Notes: a model not told the origin generated them from the sequence alone. Shown: positions 15,001 through 27,314, counted from the first letter of the stretch. The stretch: 64,000 bases of DNA from Ptychomitrium polyphyllum (GCA_973851085.1 OZ316776.1:6820001-6884000), one strand, 5' to 3'. Numbers and translations: made by a program.

Positions 15001-17904
15001 TTACCAGATTCAACATTAGCCGAACGCATGTTGTTTGCACACTGAGAGGGAGAGAGGAATCGTGCACATTCCTAGAGAATAGATACACAATTCGAGAGAG
15101 CTGCAAATAGCATATACCCGCCTTAATCAATACAGCATTTTCAGCCACATGTTGTCAAACATGACATGATGTTCTCAAATAATGTACCACATAAAGGGTT
15201 AGAAGAGAACCTGCGGAAGTGAAAGATCCAAGCGGACATGGTGGATGAGCTCTGCAAGTAAACTGTACGCTAAAGGCCTAAGCGTTTCATAACAAGCTCT
15301 GCCAGTCCCAACTAAAACCCTGCCAGATAGATAACAAAATTCAGCATCCTCTTAAAACCCTTAAAAACATAACCATAAAAAACTACATTTGATAACACAG
15401 AGCAACGCTGTAAAATGCTCACTATCAGTATTTGCCAATAATACATACCTCTCGTCAAGCAATGTGTCAATCTGCGGAAAAAATCCTCTTCTAAAATCGG
15501 TCGCAAGTACATGACGTGTAGCCACTAAAAGTTCCTAGAAGGACGTCAAAAAACAGATAAAGATGTTAGTCGGCAGAAACACACTTTGGAAGCGCACCTC
15601 CATAAGGTTTAAGCAAGTCTAAAAAACGGATGTGTTTTCATTTATATGGAAATACAAAAAGCTGGTAATTATATTATTCGATTTAAAGACACTATAAACC
15701 TAAAGATAATCCTTAATCTTGGTGAACTAGCTCTAAAGCACCCTCTATGCAAACAGACATCAGCAATGAAAGGCAGAAATAGAAGTACAATATCATTACA
15801 AAGGTCCAATAAATCGAGCACATAAATGGTCCTCTATTCAATTCTCCATCAACATTCACACCAAAATGCAACTGTATCCATTCCAAAAACCACCTCCAAA
15901 AGCAGGTCTTACCTTGCGGATTGACACAGAATCCGGGCAGCTGACAAGCAAGCTTACGATGCTCTTTGATATGCTGTCCTCATGAGGACGAATACAATCA
16001 GCAAAGCTCCGCAGCAAATAAGTCAGAAAGGAGACAGTCTGTAAGCACAATACGTGATTAACAAGTATGAGTAATTGAATACGTTACTCTAAAATCCATA
16101 GGAGCAAATAAGATAATCAAGCACAGAAAGTCCAAAATCAAAAGGATGTAAACATATCAAAATTGGTCAGGGAAGCATTAGGAAAAGCAAAACCGTACCT
16201 TAACTTGCGATCCTTTCAATTCTGCATAGACGTTTTTCAATGTTGAGGGTACTTCAGTTGGCCCAGGAATTCCTATAGCGCTCACCATGAGAGGAAGCAA
16301 CACAGGAATATTTTGAGGCACATAGCGAGGGTATAACTGAAAGAGGAACATCACGATCAAAGGGCACTCAGTGACCACTTTGAATGATCGAGTGCTTGGA
16401 TTCAGCTGCCCAGACATCGGACCTCCAGCTGGGGACCTCATTTGTCCCATGTATCCAAGATTGTGATGTGCAGCTGCCAGCTGCACATCTGCAGTAGTTG
16501 ATTCATCAAAGAAGTAGTTTACTGTTGTTCTGAAATTTTGGTAAATCTGCACCCAAAAACATTTTAAAATAAATATCGACAGCCCAAGGAATAAACGTTT
16601 CCTTAGCGGAAGGTGGGCATTGGCATGAAAATTTGTGAAGAGCGATCATTGCTCCTGCTGCAACAATTCATGAACGAAAGCGTGTGTATGACTCTGAGAC
16701 TCTGAAGTTAGGCAATGAACATCACAAATACAGAGCTTGCCCATCCATAAGTTACGGCTTTCCAATGAACATGCAGCAACCTCAACCAATAAAGCACCTA
16801 CACTTCTCTTAAGTATACATACATTATCCGAAACTAGCCATAAATAAACACTTTAATGACACAAACAACTGATAAACGTTATATTGTCTCTACCATGATT
16901 ATGACAGCAATCTCCTCCTGTGTGTCGAATTTCAATGGCAATGAAATCTAAGCTCTTGTGTGTGCTTGTTCTACAACCAAGCATGCCCTTGGGCAGCTTC
17001 ACAATAAGCAATCCTCAAAACATGTATCGCAAACCCTAGTTTAGATGAATTCGTACCTTATGTACGAAGTCCAGAAACTGCTGCACGTCTGGTTCAAGAG
17101 CCGGTCGAAAGTTCTTGTGAAGGTCAAATATGATTCGCAAGCAGATCAAACCATTTTCCTCATTATCGCATGCCAGAACGTGCATAGAGAGCTTCAGCAA
17201 GTCTTGTACAAAAAGGCGAAGCACCTCACTGTGAGGTAACCGATTGAGAATCTCAATAACAACATTACGAAGCTTGTGTTCAACATTGTCGGTTGCTTGA
17301 GGCTTCGTTATCTGCGTCAAAAGAGTCGAAAAGACGCGAAAGTAGCTCTTCAGAAAGTTCAAGTACTCAGACGTGTGTACAATCTCTATGCTGTCTCGCA
17401 CTTCAGTGGCAAGAATCAACCTGTTCTGCATAGCTGCAAACCGTTTCGACGTGTCAATAAACCTCAGCCAATTACCACATCCAAAACCGCTCAAACAAAT
17501 CCTGCACGTAAACAATCACAATCTAAAACCCCAGCCACGCACCCCTCGCAAACTCCACCAATCTAGAACTCTCTCACACGATCACAATCACAAAAAAACA
17601 CCCCGCCCGAAAAAGAATCCCTCATTCACAGCCTAACCACGATATCATAACCGTCTCTTCCTGAATTGCACGCAACAAAGACCAGCATTACTTTCCATTA
17701 CCGTCTCCACCTGACTCACGCACAAACTCCTCACCCCCTCAATCAAGACCCTACCAACTCAAGCCGATTTCGCAAGCAACACATCGACCGCAAAACGCTT
17801 CCAACTCCATGACGAAATAAACCGCAAGAACCGTGGCGACACTTACAGAGGTCCTGCTCGAGAAACCTCCGAGCATGCTGCTCGAAATTGGCGATAGGAA
17901 TCAT
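1..17904 (-). CDS. TRRAP: Transformation/transcription domain-associated protein (TRRAP/Tra1, PIKK-family scaffold of SAGA/NuA4). Multi-exon; the C-terminal part lies beyond the left edge of the window.
   Basis: Successive minus-strand exons give recognisable TRRAP peptides: [13 protein letters not shown] (ATG 17904), [49 protein letters not shown], and FAT-region [17 protein letters not shown] and [14 protein letters not shown]. Exons have GT/GC-AG boundaries. Confidence 0.97.
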
Positions 17905-18321
17905 GGCGCCCCCAGTCCTAGGCGCGTCCAACCGCCTCTGAAGCCAGAACTCAGTCGAACTCGAAGTCCAAGCAGCCGCGCCCCATACAACAACCGATGC
18001 AAGCTCCCGGAACACCAAAGAGAAGAAAACTAGAAAAGAAAAATGGTAAAAAGAAAGGAAAAAATAAAAACTACTCCAAACTCGCTACCCGCACAGCCCC
18101 GTCGCCGGAACCAGCTGACATCGAGCTCCGCTTACAAACCCCCGGCACGCACATTGCGTCTCGGGCGCAACGTCCCCTGCCGCCATAACCTCAAGCAATG
18201 CATGATTCCAATTCTGTGAGAACGCGCAGCGCGCGAAAACTGTAAAGTGTGCGCGAATGGTGTGGCGACAAAACAGAGAGCGAACGAGGCTTTATAGAGG
18301 AAGCTATGGCGGATCGTGTGC

Positions 18322-18376
18322 GGGTTTCGGGGTTTCGGGGTTTCGGGGTTTCGGGGTTTCGAGGTTTCGAGGTTTC
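18322..18376 (+). repeat. 8-bp tandem repeat (GGGGTTTC/GAGGTTTC)x~7 in the TRRAP 5' leader
   Basis: GGGTTTC, four GGGGTTTC and two GAGGTTTC units read directly from the sequence. Confidence 0.95.
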
Positions 18377-20358
18377 GGTACTGCGATGCTCCACAGCCTC
18401 CATCTCAGCCACCGCCTCTCCCTGCGTCCCCAACTGGCAGAGCCCCCCGCTCCCCCCGCGCGGTTCCCTCCCTCGTCCCCCGCTCGCTCCCTCGCTCCTC
18501 CGTGCCGCAGTGCCACTACCCGACTGCCTTCACTCCTTCCCTCGCTTTCGCGCGTTGTTTAGGGCCCCGCTTTGCGCTTCTCCGCGTGTCATCGGGCCCC
18601 ACCCCCGAATCTGAAATATCCGGGACCTCGATCAGGCCTTGAACTTATTGGGCCCCCGCTCAGGCCTTGGTTTTAGAATTGCGCCCTGTGACTGTAAAGC
18701 CTCTGGGCTCGTTTGTGGTGACTCATTGGACCTTTAATTAGGGATAAAGCCTATGTTGTAAAGCCCTTAGGTCTTGTTGTCTGACTTGGTTGTAGATGTT
18801 GGACCTTAGTGTAAACCGCATGGGTACAATCTTGTTTAGAAACATAGGCAAATTATGTCTATGTTTTTTCTAGGTGTTATTTTAAAACATGTAATATGTG
18901 TATTTTAAACACATTTCTTGTATGGTATAAATTGTAATTTTTAATTTTCAAGTAAATTTTGGATATTCTAGAATAAAAAAAATCTTAAGAAATAACCGTT
19001 TTTTTTATTCAATCCAAATTTCAAGTAAAATTATTGTGTATTAGTGATATTTTTTGCATTTGAAGTTATTCAATCTTAATATTAAAGATATATATGAATA
19101 TAATATTTTTAAAATAATTTATCAAACTATTTGAAAAAAAACTAATTTATCAATAGAACAAATAGTTCACAAAAAAGTTTTTATTTGCACATTAATTCTT
19201 TCTTACTACCACACAATATTAAATGTTGGATTGTATTATTTTTATTTTTTTTCCACCACCATCCAAAAATCACAACATCAACCTCATGAGATTACAAATA
19301 TACAATTCATGCACATGATTTATGCACACACTAAAGTTTATAAATTATTGTAATTACAAATTGCATAAATAAGTCTTTATATGCTAATGCATATCCTTTT
19401 GAAATATTATCCAACACAAAATTGGCACTTGCTTAAAAAATTAGAAAATACTTTGGAACACCAACTCTTTGTTAATTTGAACTTGGACACATGCACACAA
19501 ACATCATGCATCCATGCAAAAACAAAACACCTGTAAGAAAATCTAAAATGCCATTTTCTAGAGCCTTACTAAAATATAATCATGAGAAGAAATCAAATCA
19601 TATCAAACACTTTAATTTTATAATTACTCAACTTGAATAATGAAGGTACTGTTAGTAAATTTTCCAATCCAACAAAATTTAGTACGTGGCAAAATGAATA
19701 ATGATTGTCACTACAATCATGGAAGACAAGAGTGCTAAATTAGGTGACTTTAATATAGTTTTTATTTTCCATATTACAACTAAAAGATGAAGGAATTGCA
19801 AACAATCAAAGAGCATTGCAGGCCTAAAATTGGTAATGAACTGGAAGACTGCCCTCCAAAGCATTATGTTAAATAAATTTAATTTATCAGCTTTTGATCC
19901 ATTTGATTCAATTTCATGTTAATTAGTCTTACTAATACTTATAAAGGTCTCAAAAGTATGTTAGATAGAAAAGCTTCCTTGACAAGGCCTGATTTATTCA
20001 ATCAATTCATTTAACAACAAATTGAGAAAAAAAACCATGTATAGAACTTATATAATTTCACTTTATCTTTGAATACATGTGCATGCCTACACAACTTTAC
20101 TTTTCATTCTATTCTGCAATTCATTATTAATTGATCTTTCAATATAGATCATGCAATTTAAATAAATCTAGAAATTTAGGCATTTGTGCCGAAATCAGCC
20201 ATAAAAATATAACAACCCCATTTTAAGGACTGAATTCAAATATTTTGTATTAAGTCTTTTACCACATAAGTTGCTACATGAAATGGCTAAAAATGAGGTT
20301 TTGGCCTTGATATAGAGTTTATTGACTCAATTCTAAAGATTCAAATTATTATGGACAA

Positions 20359-21250
20359 TGTAACGACAAGACAAGTTTTCAAAATTCTAGATTGTGGAAC
20401 AAGATTTGTCTAAGATATATTGGAAGTATAGAGTTATTATAAGGTATAAAGACACAGCCAAAAAGTTTGAGCTACATCACAAGAAATGCATTGTCAAAGC
20501 TAAAGATCCTTTTATCCTGAACTCCTATATATATTAAAATTACAAGCCTTGGAAGCTTCTTGAGAAGCTCCTATTATATTGCTTTGTACTCAAGCAACCT
20601 CGAGTCGCTTCCTTGAAAGCTTTCTAAGCCCAAATAATTTCCTTAAAAGATTTCTAAGCCAAAGTAACTTCGTTGGAAGCTTCTTAATTCAAAATTACTT
20701 CCTTGGAAACTTCTTAAGTCAATTTGAATTCCTTAGAAGCAACCTAAACCTACTAAGAACCTTTTTAGATGATTCTAATATGTATGACTATAACATTATC
20801 TCCCTTTCGAACTCCAAGGTCTCTAAGGAGCATGTTGCAACAAGTGCTCAGACTTGTAAGAAGTCAAAAATTTGTCGCATAGTATCTGCAACATCTTCCA
20901 ATTGCTTTTTTTTATTCAAATGATTCATAAGTCCTTGTAACCACCAATAGTGTCCAATGCCTACTACTTGGAATCAAGTATGAACTTCCGTACCTATGTT
21001 GTGAAAGAGTATTTCAAACACTACTTCTAAATAATCTTCGTAAGTTGGCTCCACTTCTAAAACAATCACCAACAATCTATTGCTCGGTATCCTCCGATGT
21101 CTTCTTACTCCAATTTGTTCTTTGTTACAAAAACAACAACAAGAGCTAATAAGTTGGGTTGACACCACTTGGCATGGTATTTGCATCTTGACCGTCCATA
21201 TGTAGAAAATCAAGCCAGTCTTAAAAAACTCTAACAAACTTCAAAATACA
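20359..21250 (-). mobile_element. Truncated 3' end of an older gypsy element: decayed LTR (20359-20795) with adjacent polypurine tract and chromodomain remnant
   Basis: On the minus strand, GAAAGGGAGATAA is followed by TGTTA...TTACA termini. The LTR contains GAAGCTTC-type repeats and a TATA-like element. An ILDSK-like chromodomain fragment lies near 20960-20990. The right boundary is approximate. Confidence 0.55.
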
Positions 21251-21376
21251 AACAACTAATATCTAAATCATGTTTAGGGCTTTGAAAACTTAAAATCTAG
21301 AAATTGCTTTCTCTTCTAATTAAAAGCCCAAGCATCAAGATCCTTCAAGGTTACGCAACCTTATCGTGCTACTATT

Positions 21377-21978
21377 TATCACGGACATAGATCATGCAAC
21401 ATAGTCATTAGAACATTCTAGAACCATCTAGTATAATATAATAGCTTCTTAGAATAATTTTAAATGTCTCCATAGTCTTTCAATGTTCTTAAAAAGCTTC
21501 CTAAGAAAATTCCTCCACTTTAGGAAACTTCCTAGGAAGGTTCTATCATCTTAGGTAATTTCTTAGGAAGATTCCATCATCTGAGGAAACTTCCTAAGAA
21601 GGTTCGAAAACCTTATGAAACATTTTAAGAAGATTCCGCTATCGTAGGAAACTTCCAAGGAAGATTCCAAATCCTTCAGAGCCTCTTAGGAAGGTTCTAA
21701 CATCTTAGGAAACTTCTTGGAAAGGTTCCTTAGACTTCCAAAACATTCTTAAGTCTTGTAGAAAGCTTCTTTAGAAGTATCCTAAAAGATACAAACGTCA
21801 TAGTATAAATAGGAGGCAAGACAAGGTATTCCTTAGTCTTGCCAACACAAGTTGTGGATCATCTTGAATTCTGCCTTGTTCTAGTCTTTGTATCAAGTTC
21901 TTGTAAATCATTAGCTCTTTGGAAGCTAATTCTTGGGAAACACTTCGTTTCTGCTTCTTATTTCTTGTGTTCCTAACA
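21377..21978 (+). repeat. 5' LTR (TATCAC...TAACA) with U3 tandem GGAAnnTTCC repeats and TATA box at 21804-21811
   Basis: Matches the 3' LTR; 21763-21977 is identical to 27783-27997. The initial TG appears mutated to TA. Confidence 0.93.
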
Positions 21979-21980
21979 GT

Positions 21981-21992
21981 TTGGCAAGACTA
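21981..21992 (+). promoter_or_regulatory. Primer-binding site of the self-priming type
   Basis: TTGGCAAGACTA, 2 nt after the LTR end, is the exact reverse complement of TAGTCTTGCCAA at 21834-21845, about 30 nt downstream of the TATA box. It does not begin with the TGG expected 1-2 nt after the LTR for a recognisable tRNA primer that I could identify. Confidence 0.85.
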
Positions 21993-22213
21993 CTTTTCAT
22001 CTTTGTCAGAGCTAAGGTTGTTTGAAGAAATTGTGGATTACCCATCTTCTTTAAAATTCCATAGCGTCTTAGAGGTTGCGGATTACCCTCCTCTAAGCTG
22101 GCACCATAAAGTTGGTATCTCCTTCTAAAACTAAATATTACTTCTTTCAAAGGACGTGGATTTTCCTCCTTTGAAAGTACTCATGGTCTTTTTGTCTTTG
22201 CAAATCTCAAGAA

Positions 22214-23224
22214 ATGAATAACGTGTCTGGAACATTAGAGACTAAGTTTGCAACTATTGCAGACCTTCAAGAGTTATTAAACACAGTTCGAATGGAACTC
22301 GCCCATTTAAATACCACCAACAATTTGGAGCAACACACTCGGCAAGCTGAAGAATCCAATGGTGATATTCGCAGCCTATATCAAGAGATTGTTCGATTGC
22401 AAGAAGCAAATATTGGAAGGGAAGGCTTACGTCGAATCCATGCAGAGCCAAAAATTAGCATGCTAAACAAGTTCGATGGATCAAGATTAAAATTGAAAGG
22501 CTTTTTTCAACAAGTAAGACTCTTCCCCAGTTTGCATCAATCTCGCTATCCTAATGGCACAACTCAAGTAAGATTTGTGGCCACTCTTTTATCAAACAAT
22601 GCACTATCGTGGTTTGCACCCCTAATGAAGAAGCAATCACCATTATTGAACAACTTAGATGCTTCCATAGAAGCATTAACATCAACTTTTGGAGACACCG
22701 ACCGAGAGAGGGTGGCTGAGACAAGGATCCACAGTCTACAACAAGGACAGCGCTCAGCTGCTACATATGCTGCAGAGTTTCGACAATTAGCTTGCGACCT
22801 TGATTGGAATGATAAAGCCTTGGTCACACGATTCCGATGGGACTTAAGAGAGAATGTGAAAGACTTGCTACTCACAATGCCAAGAGTTGAAACATTGGAC
22901 AAATTCATCACTCAAGCAATAGCATGTGACAATAGACTATTTAAGAGGCGCCAAGAACAATGCTTGGAATGGCCACCAGTACATCAAAGCATGGCTACCA
23001 CTTCTTCAAGAATATTGGAAAACCAACCACAAGGACCAAAACCTATGCAAATTGATGCTGCCCAGTTCAAACGTTAAACTCCAGAAGAAAAAGAAAGGCG
23101 TCAAAGGAAAAATTTATGCTTGTATTGTGGCAAGTCTGGACATAAAGTGCGCAATTGCCAAATCAAAGGATCAGCCTTTAAGGCTCAAAGCACAATGGTG
23201 GAGTTGGAGAATGAGGCTGTCTAG
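22214..23224 (+). pseudogene. gag: gag (retrotransposon gag domain + CX2CX4HX4C zinc knuckle), with a premature TAA at 23075
   Basis: KFDGSR..LKGFFQQ, ALSWF, LQQGQRSAATYAAEF, PMQID; after the stop, in the same frame, LCLYCGKSGHKVRNC and then GTC TAG. Confidence 0.9.
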
Positions 23225-26200
23225 TCACAGTAGGAACCATGCGATTGGACACCACAAGGAAACCACCATCAAATCAAGGTCTCTTACTACTTTCAAGCCC
23301 TACCTCTTGTTTTACATTTCCTATCAAAATTAAATTATTAAATGATGAAACAATTACGGAGGCTCTCATAGAAACTGGTGCAACGGCATGTTTTATGGAC
23401 AAGGATTTTGCAACCAAACATTACATGGTGCTTGTAAACAAAAAATACCCCGCACCTGTTGAAGTTATTGATGGACGATCTCTTGCGTCTGGCGACGTTA
23501 TTGAAGAAACTCAACCATTGGAGGTTGTTTTAGGAGACCAGGCAGCTAAAACTGTCTTCAACATCATTCAATGCCGAACAAATCCTATTGTTTTGGGCCT
23601 TCTTTGGTTTGAATTACATAATCCAGACATTGACTGGCGCTCACAAACTGTGGTCTCAAGGAAAAGACATCAAGGTACAAGAAATCTTCGACCATCATTT
23701 ATTGGAGCTAAGGCATTTATGAGAGCGGCGAAGGATGAATCAATCTATGCCATTTATGCCACGCCAATGTCTAGCTCTACAATAGAGACCAATCAAAACA
23801 TACCTCGTCAATGTCAAGAGTATAAAGACGTTTTTGAAGAAAAGAATGCGGACATGTTATCAAAGCACCGGCTTTACAATTATACCATTCAGTTGCAAGA
23901 AGGAGCCCAACCACCTTTTGGACCTATTTATAACTTATCACAAATTGAATTGGCTGCCTTGAGAGAATATATTGATGAAAACTTAGAAAAGGTTTCATTC
24001 AACACTCTAAATCACCTGCTGGAGCACCCATTCTATTTGTAAAGAAAAAAGATGGATCATTATGTATGTGCATGGACTATCGAGGCTTCAATAAAGTAAC
24101 AAAAAAGAATCACTATCCATTACCAATAATCTCAAGACTCCTACATGAACTTAGCCAAGCAAAGATATTCACCTAAAATTGATCTTAAAGCAGCCTACAA
24201 TCTTGTACGCATCAAAGAAGGAAACAAATAGAAGACATCTTTTCGATCTAAGTATGGTCATTTTGAATACAATGTCATGCCTTTTGGCCTTACTAATGCT
24301 CCCGCAATCTTCCAACATATGATGAATGATATCTTCCATGAATATCTAGAAGATTTTATAGTCATCTACTTAGATGACATTTTGATATATTCAAAGAATG
24401 TACAAGACCACAAATATCATGTACAATTGGTCTTAGAAAACTACGCTAGCAAGGATTATATGCCAAATTGGAAAAGTGCATTTTCCATGAATTCTCGGTT
24501 GAATTTTTAGGCTACATCATTTCCAAAGGTGGAATCCATATGGATAAGAAAAAAATAAGCACTGTCATGGAGTGGAGTACGCAAAGATCAATTCGAGATA
24601 TTCAATGCTTCTTGGGATTTGCACACTTCTATAGGATATTCATCAAGGATTATTCCAAGATTGCGGCACCATTAACACGTCTTACGAGGAAGCAAAAATT
24701 CATTTGGGATGAAGAGGCGGAAAAAGCATTTCAAAGTCTTAAGAAGTCATTCACGTCGGCTCCAATTCTTATTCATCCAAATCCATTAAAGTCTTTTTAT
24801 TGGGAAGCAGATGCCTCAGATTTTGCGCTTAGCTCAATACTCTCACAATATGATGAAGACGGGAGACTTCACCTTCTTGCCTTTTGTTTAAGGAAGTTCT
24901 CAGTGGCAAAGATCAACTATGATATACATGATAGAGAATTAGCCATTGTGGATGCGTTTGAAAAAGGGCGACACTTATTGGAAGGAGCTCAACATACCAT
25001 CACGATATACACAGACCACAAGAATTTGGACCATTTCATGAATGCGCACGTTTTGTATCGCTGTCAAGCAAAGTAGAGTATGCCGCTTTCCGGATTAGAC
25101 TTTGTCATTACCTATCGATCTGGTAGCTTGCAAGGTAAGCCAGATGCCTTATCTCGAAGATCTTATTTAGCTCCTCAACCTGGAGATGATGTTTTGAATC
25201 AACAAAGGACTATTTTATTAAAACCTGAGAATCTTCAATTGAAAGCAGCCATTATTACGACAACATCCCATCTTGACGAAATTTGGAAGGCTTTAAAGAA
25301 TGACGTCTTTGTTTTAAATATAAAGAAGCGCCTCAAAGACAATTGAAATCCTTCAAACAGCAATGAGGACTTTGAATTCCAAGAGGGCCTACTTTATTAA
25401 AAAGAACTTTTGTACCTACCTTTAGGTCCTTTGCGGTTGAAGATCCTTCAAGCACGTCATGATTTTCCAGCAGCAGGACATTTTGGATTCAATAAAACAA
25501 TGGAGTTGATTGCTAGAGACTATTGGTGGCCACAAATGCCGAAGTACGTAAAAGATTTTGTTTGATCATGCGATATTTGTGCAAGAGCCAAGGTACTAAG
25601 GCACCAACCCCATGGTCTCCTCCATCCGCTTCCAGTGCCAAAGGGCCCATGGTTGTCTTTATCAATGGATTTTATCACGGACCTTCCAAACTCGGAATCT
25701 AAGGATTCTATTTTGGTAGTACCGGATTGATTTACCAAAAAAACACATTTCATTCCATGCAACAAGACGGTAACGGAAGAAGAAACTGCCAAGTTATTCC
25801 TAAATCATGTCTACCGCATACGTGGACTACCAGATGATATTGTATCCGTTCGAGGGCCACAGTTCATTTCCAACTTTTGGAAGGCTCTATTCCAGCTGTC
25901 GCGTGTAAAGATCAATCTTTCTTCAGCACACCATCCGCAAACTGATGGTCAAACTAAACTTGTGAATCAAATTTTTGAATAGTACCTTCGTTGTACCATA
26001 AATTACGAGGAAGACAACTAGATGGATCTCTTGCCTTTGGCAAAATTTTCCCACATCAATACGGTGCATTCTTCAAAAACTCAAAGTCCATCCTTTGCAA
26101 ACCATGGGCATTATCCTCGATCAGATCATTTCAAGTGAAACATGTTGGAAGCCCTGTAGCAGAGGATTTTGCAATTCAGCTTGCTAAAATCCATCAAGAA

Positions 26201-26713
26201 ATTACCTTCCAATTACAACAAGCTCAAAATCGTTACAAAACTTATGTAGACCGCCATCAAAAGGACCATCCAAAGTTCAAGGTTGGAGATAACGTATGGC
26301 TCCTACGACAAAATATACAGACAAGAAGACCATCATAGAAGTTGGACTATCAAAGGCTGGGACCTTTTGAAATCAGCAAACAAATAAATCCGGTTAGTTA
26401 TCGCCTAAAGCTACCACCAAGCATGTAAATTCATCCAGTATTCAATGTATCGTTGTTGGAAACCTATAACAAATCATGTATACCAGAGAGAATTGTCCCT
26501 CCGCCTCCTCCGCTAGAAATCAATAATGAAATTGAATATGAAGTAAAAGAGATCTTAGATTCACACATCAAGAACGGACGTGTGGAGTACCTTATACATT
26601 GGCAAGGATATGGCATCAATGACCAAACATGGGAATTTTCAACGAATGTAACAAATGCATCTGAAAAGGTATGCGAATTTCATCAAAGATATCCTCAGAA
26701 ACCAGGTCAGTGA
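23207..26713 (+). pseudogene. pol: pol (protease, RT, RNase H, integrase, chromodomain), disrupted by multiple stops and frameshifts
   Basis: Protease LIETGA (catalytic D altered); [11 protein letters not shown] and YLDD; RNase H EADASDFAL and YTDHKNL; integrase H..GH..CDIC, SMDFI and LGPF; chromodomain YEVKEILDS..YLIHWQGY. Confidence 0.93.
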
Positions 26714-26741
26714 TAATGTGTCATCAGCAGCCGTTAGCTTC

Positions 26742-27314
26742 ATGGAGAAGTTTTTCCATTTCATAGACAAGTATAAGAAGGGGAGAGAGATATCCAAATC
26801 TCCAATTGTATGCAGCAGTATTTCCAAGATAGATCATATCCAGATCCTAGCCAATATGTCAAATCTTTGTGGTATCATGGATATGCGTGAGGAGTTATCG
26901 GCCATGCCTTCATCAACAACAGCATCTGTTGAGCCAACTCAACTTTCTCAGTTCCCGGTAACGGAGGATCTAAGTCAAGATATGAAAGGGACATCCCAAC
27001 ATCGAGTACGACCTCGTACAGAAGTATTAACTAGTCGCCCTTCACATTCCTGTCTTGATTTAGATGCTTGTGCTCTAGTCATCTTGTTAGAAATTGGAAG
27101 AGTCACTTCTAAAAGACCCGAAATCTTGTTTGGAAGATGGTTTGAAGGACTTTATCAAAATCAGATCTTGGGATGGGACATTTCAACAAGAGAAGTCTTG
27201 GCTGGTGGTCATCGACGCTTCTTGCAAGGACCAGTTGAACCATTGAACAAAGAACAACGAGCAGAGTTTGTTGCTTCACTCCTTCGACAAATTTTGGAAT
27301 TTGTGGAAATGTGA
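26742..27314 (+). CDS. Extra ORF of unknown function between pol and the PPT (190 aa from ATG 26742; frame open from 26655)
   Basis: An uninterrupted frame of ~220 codons ends 54 bp before the 3' LTR. No motif recognised. Confidence 0.55.
   Translation: MEKFFHFIDKYKKGREISKSPIVCSSISKIDHIQILANMSNLCGIMDMREELSAMPSSTTASVEPTQLSQFPVTEDLSQDMKGTSQHRVRPRTEVLTSRPSHSCLDLDACALVILLEIGRVTSKRPEILFGRWFEGLYQNQILGWDISTREVLAGGHRRFLQGPVEPLNKEQRAEFVASLLRQILEFVEM

Noticed and set aside
18191..18642. Several overlapping ORFs with FRGFGVSG/PRNPET repeats
   Set aside because: Artefacts of the 8-bp repeat and the GC-rich TRRAP leader/promoter.
21490..21730. Regularly spaced palindromic repeats resembling a CRISPR array
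   Set aside because: They are degenerate U3 tandem repeats inside LTRs, with no unique spacers and no cas genes, in a eukaryotic context.
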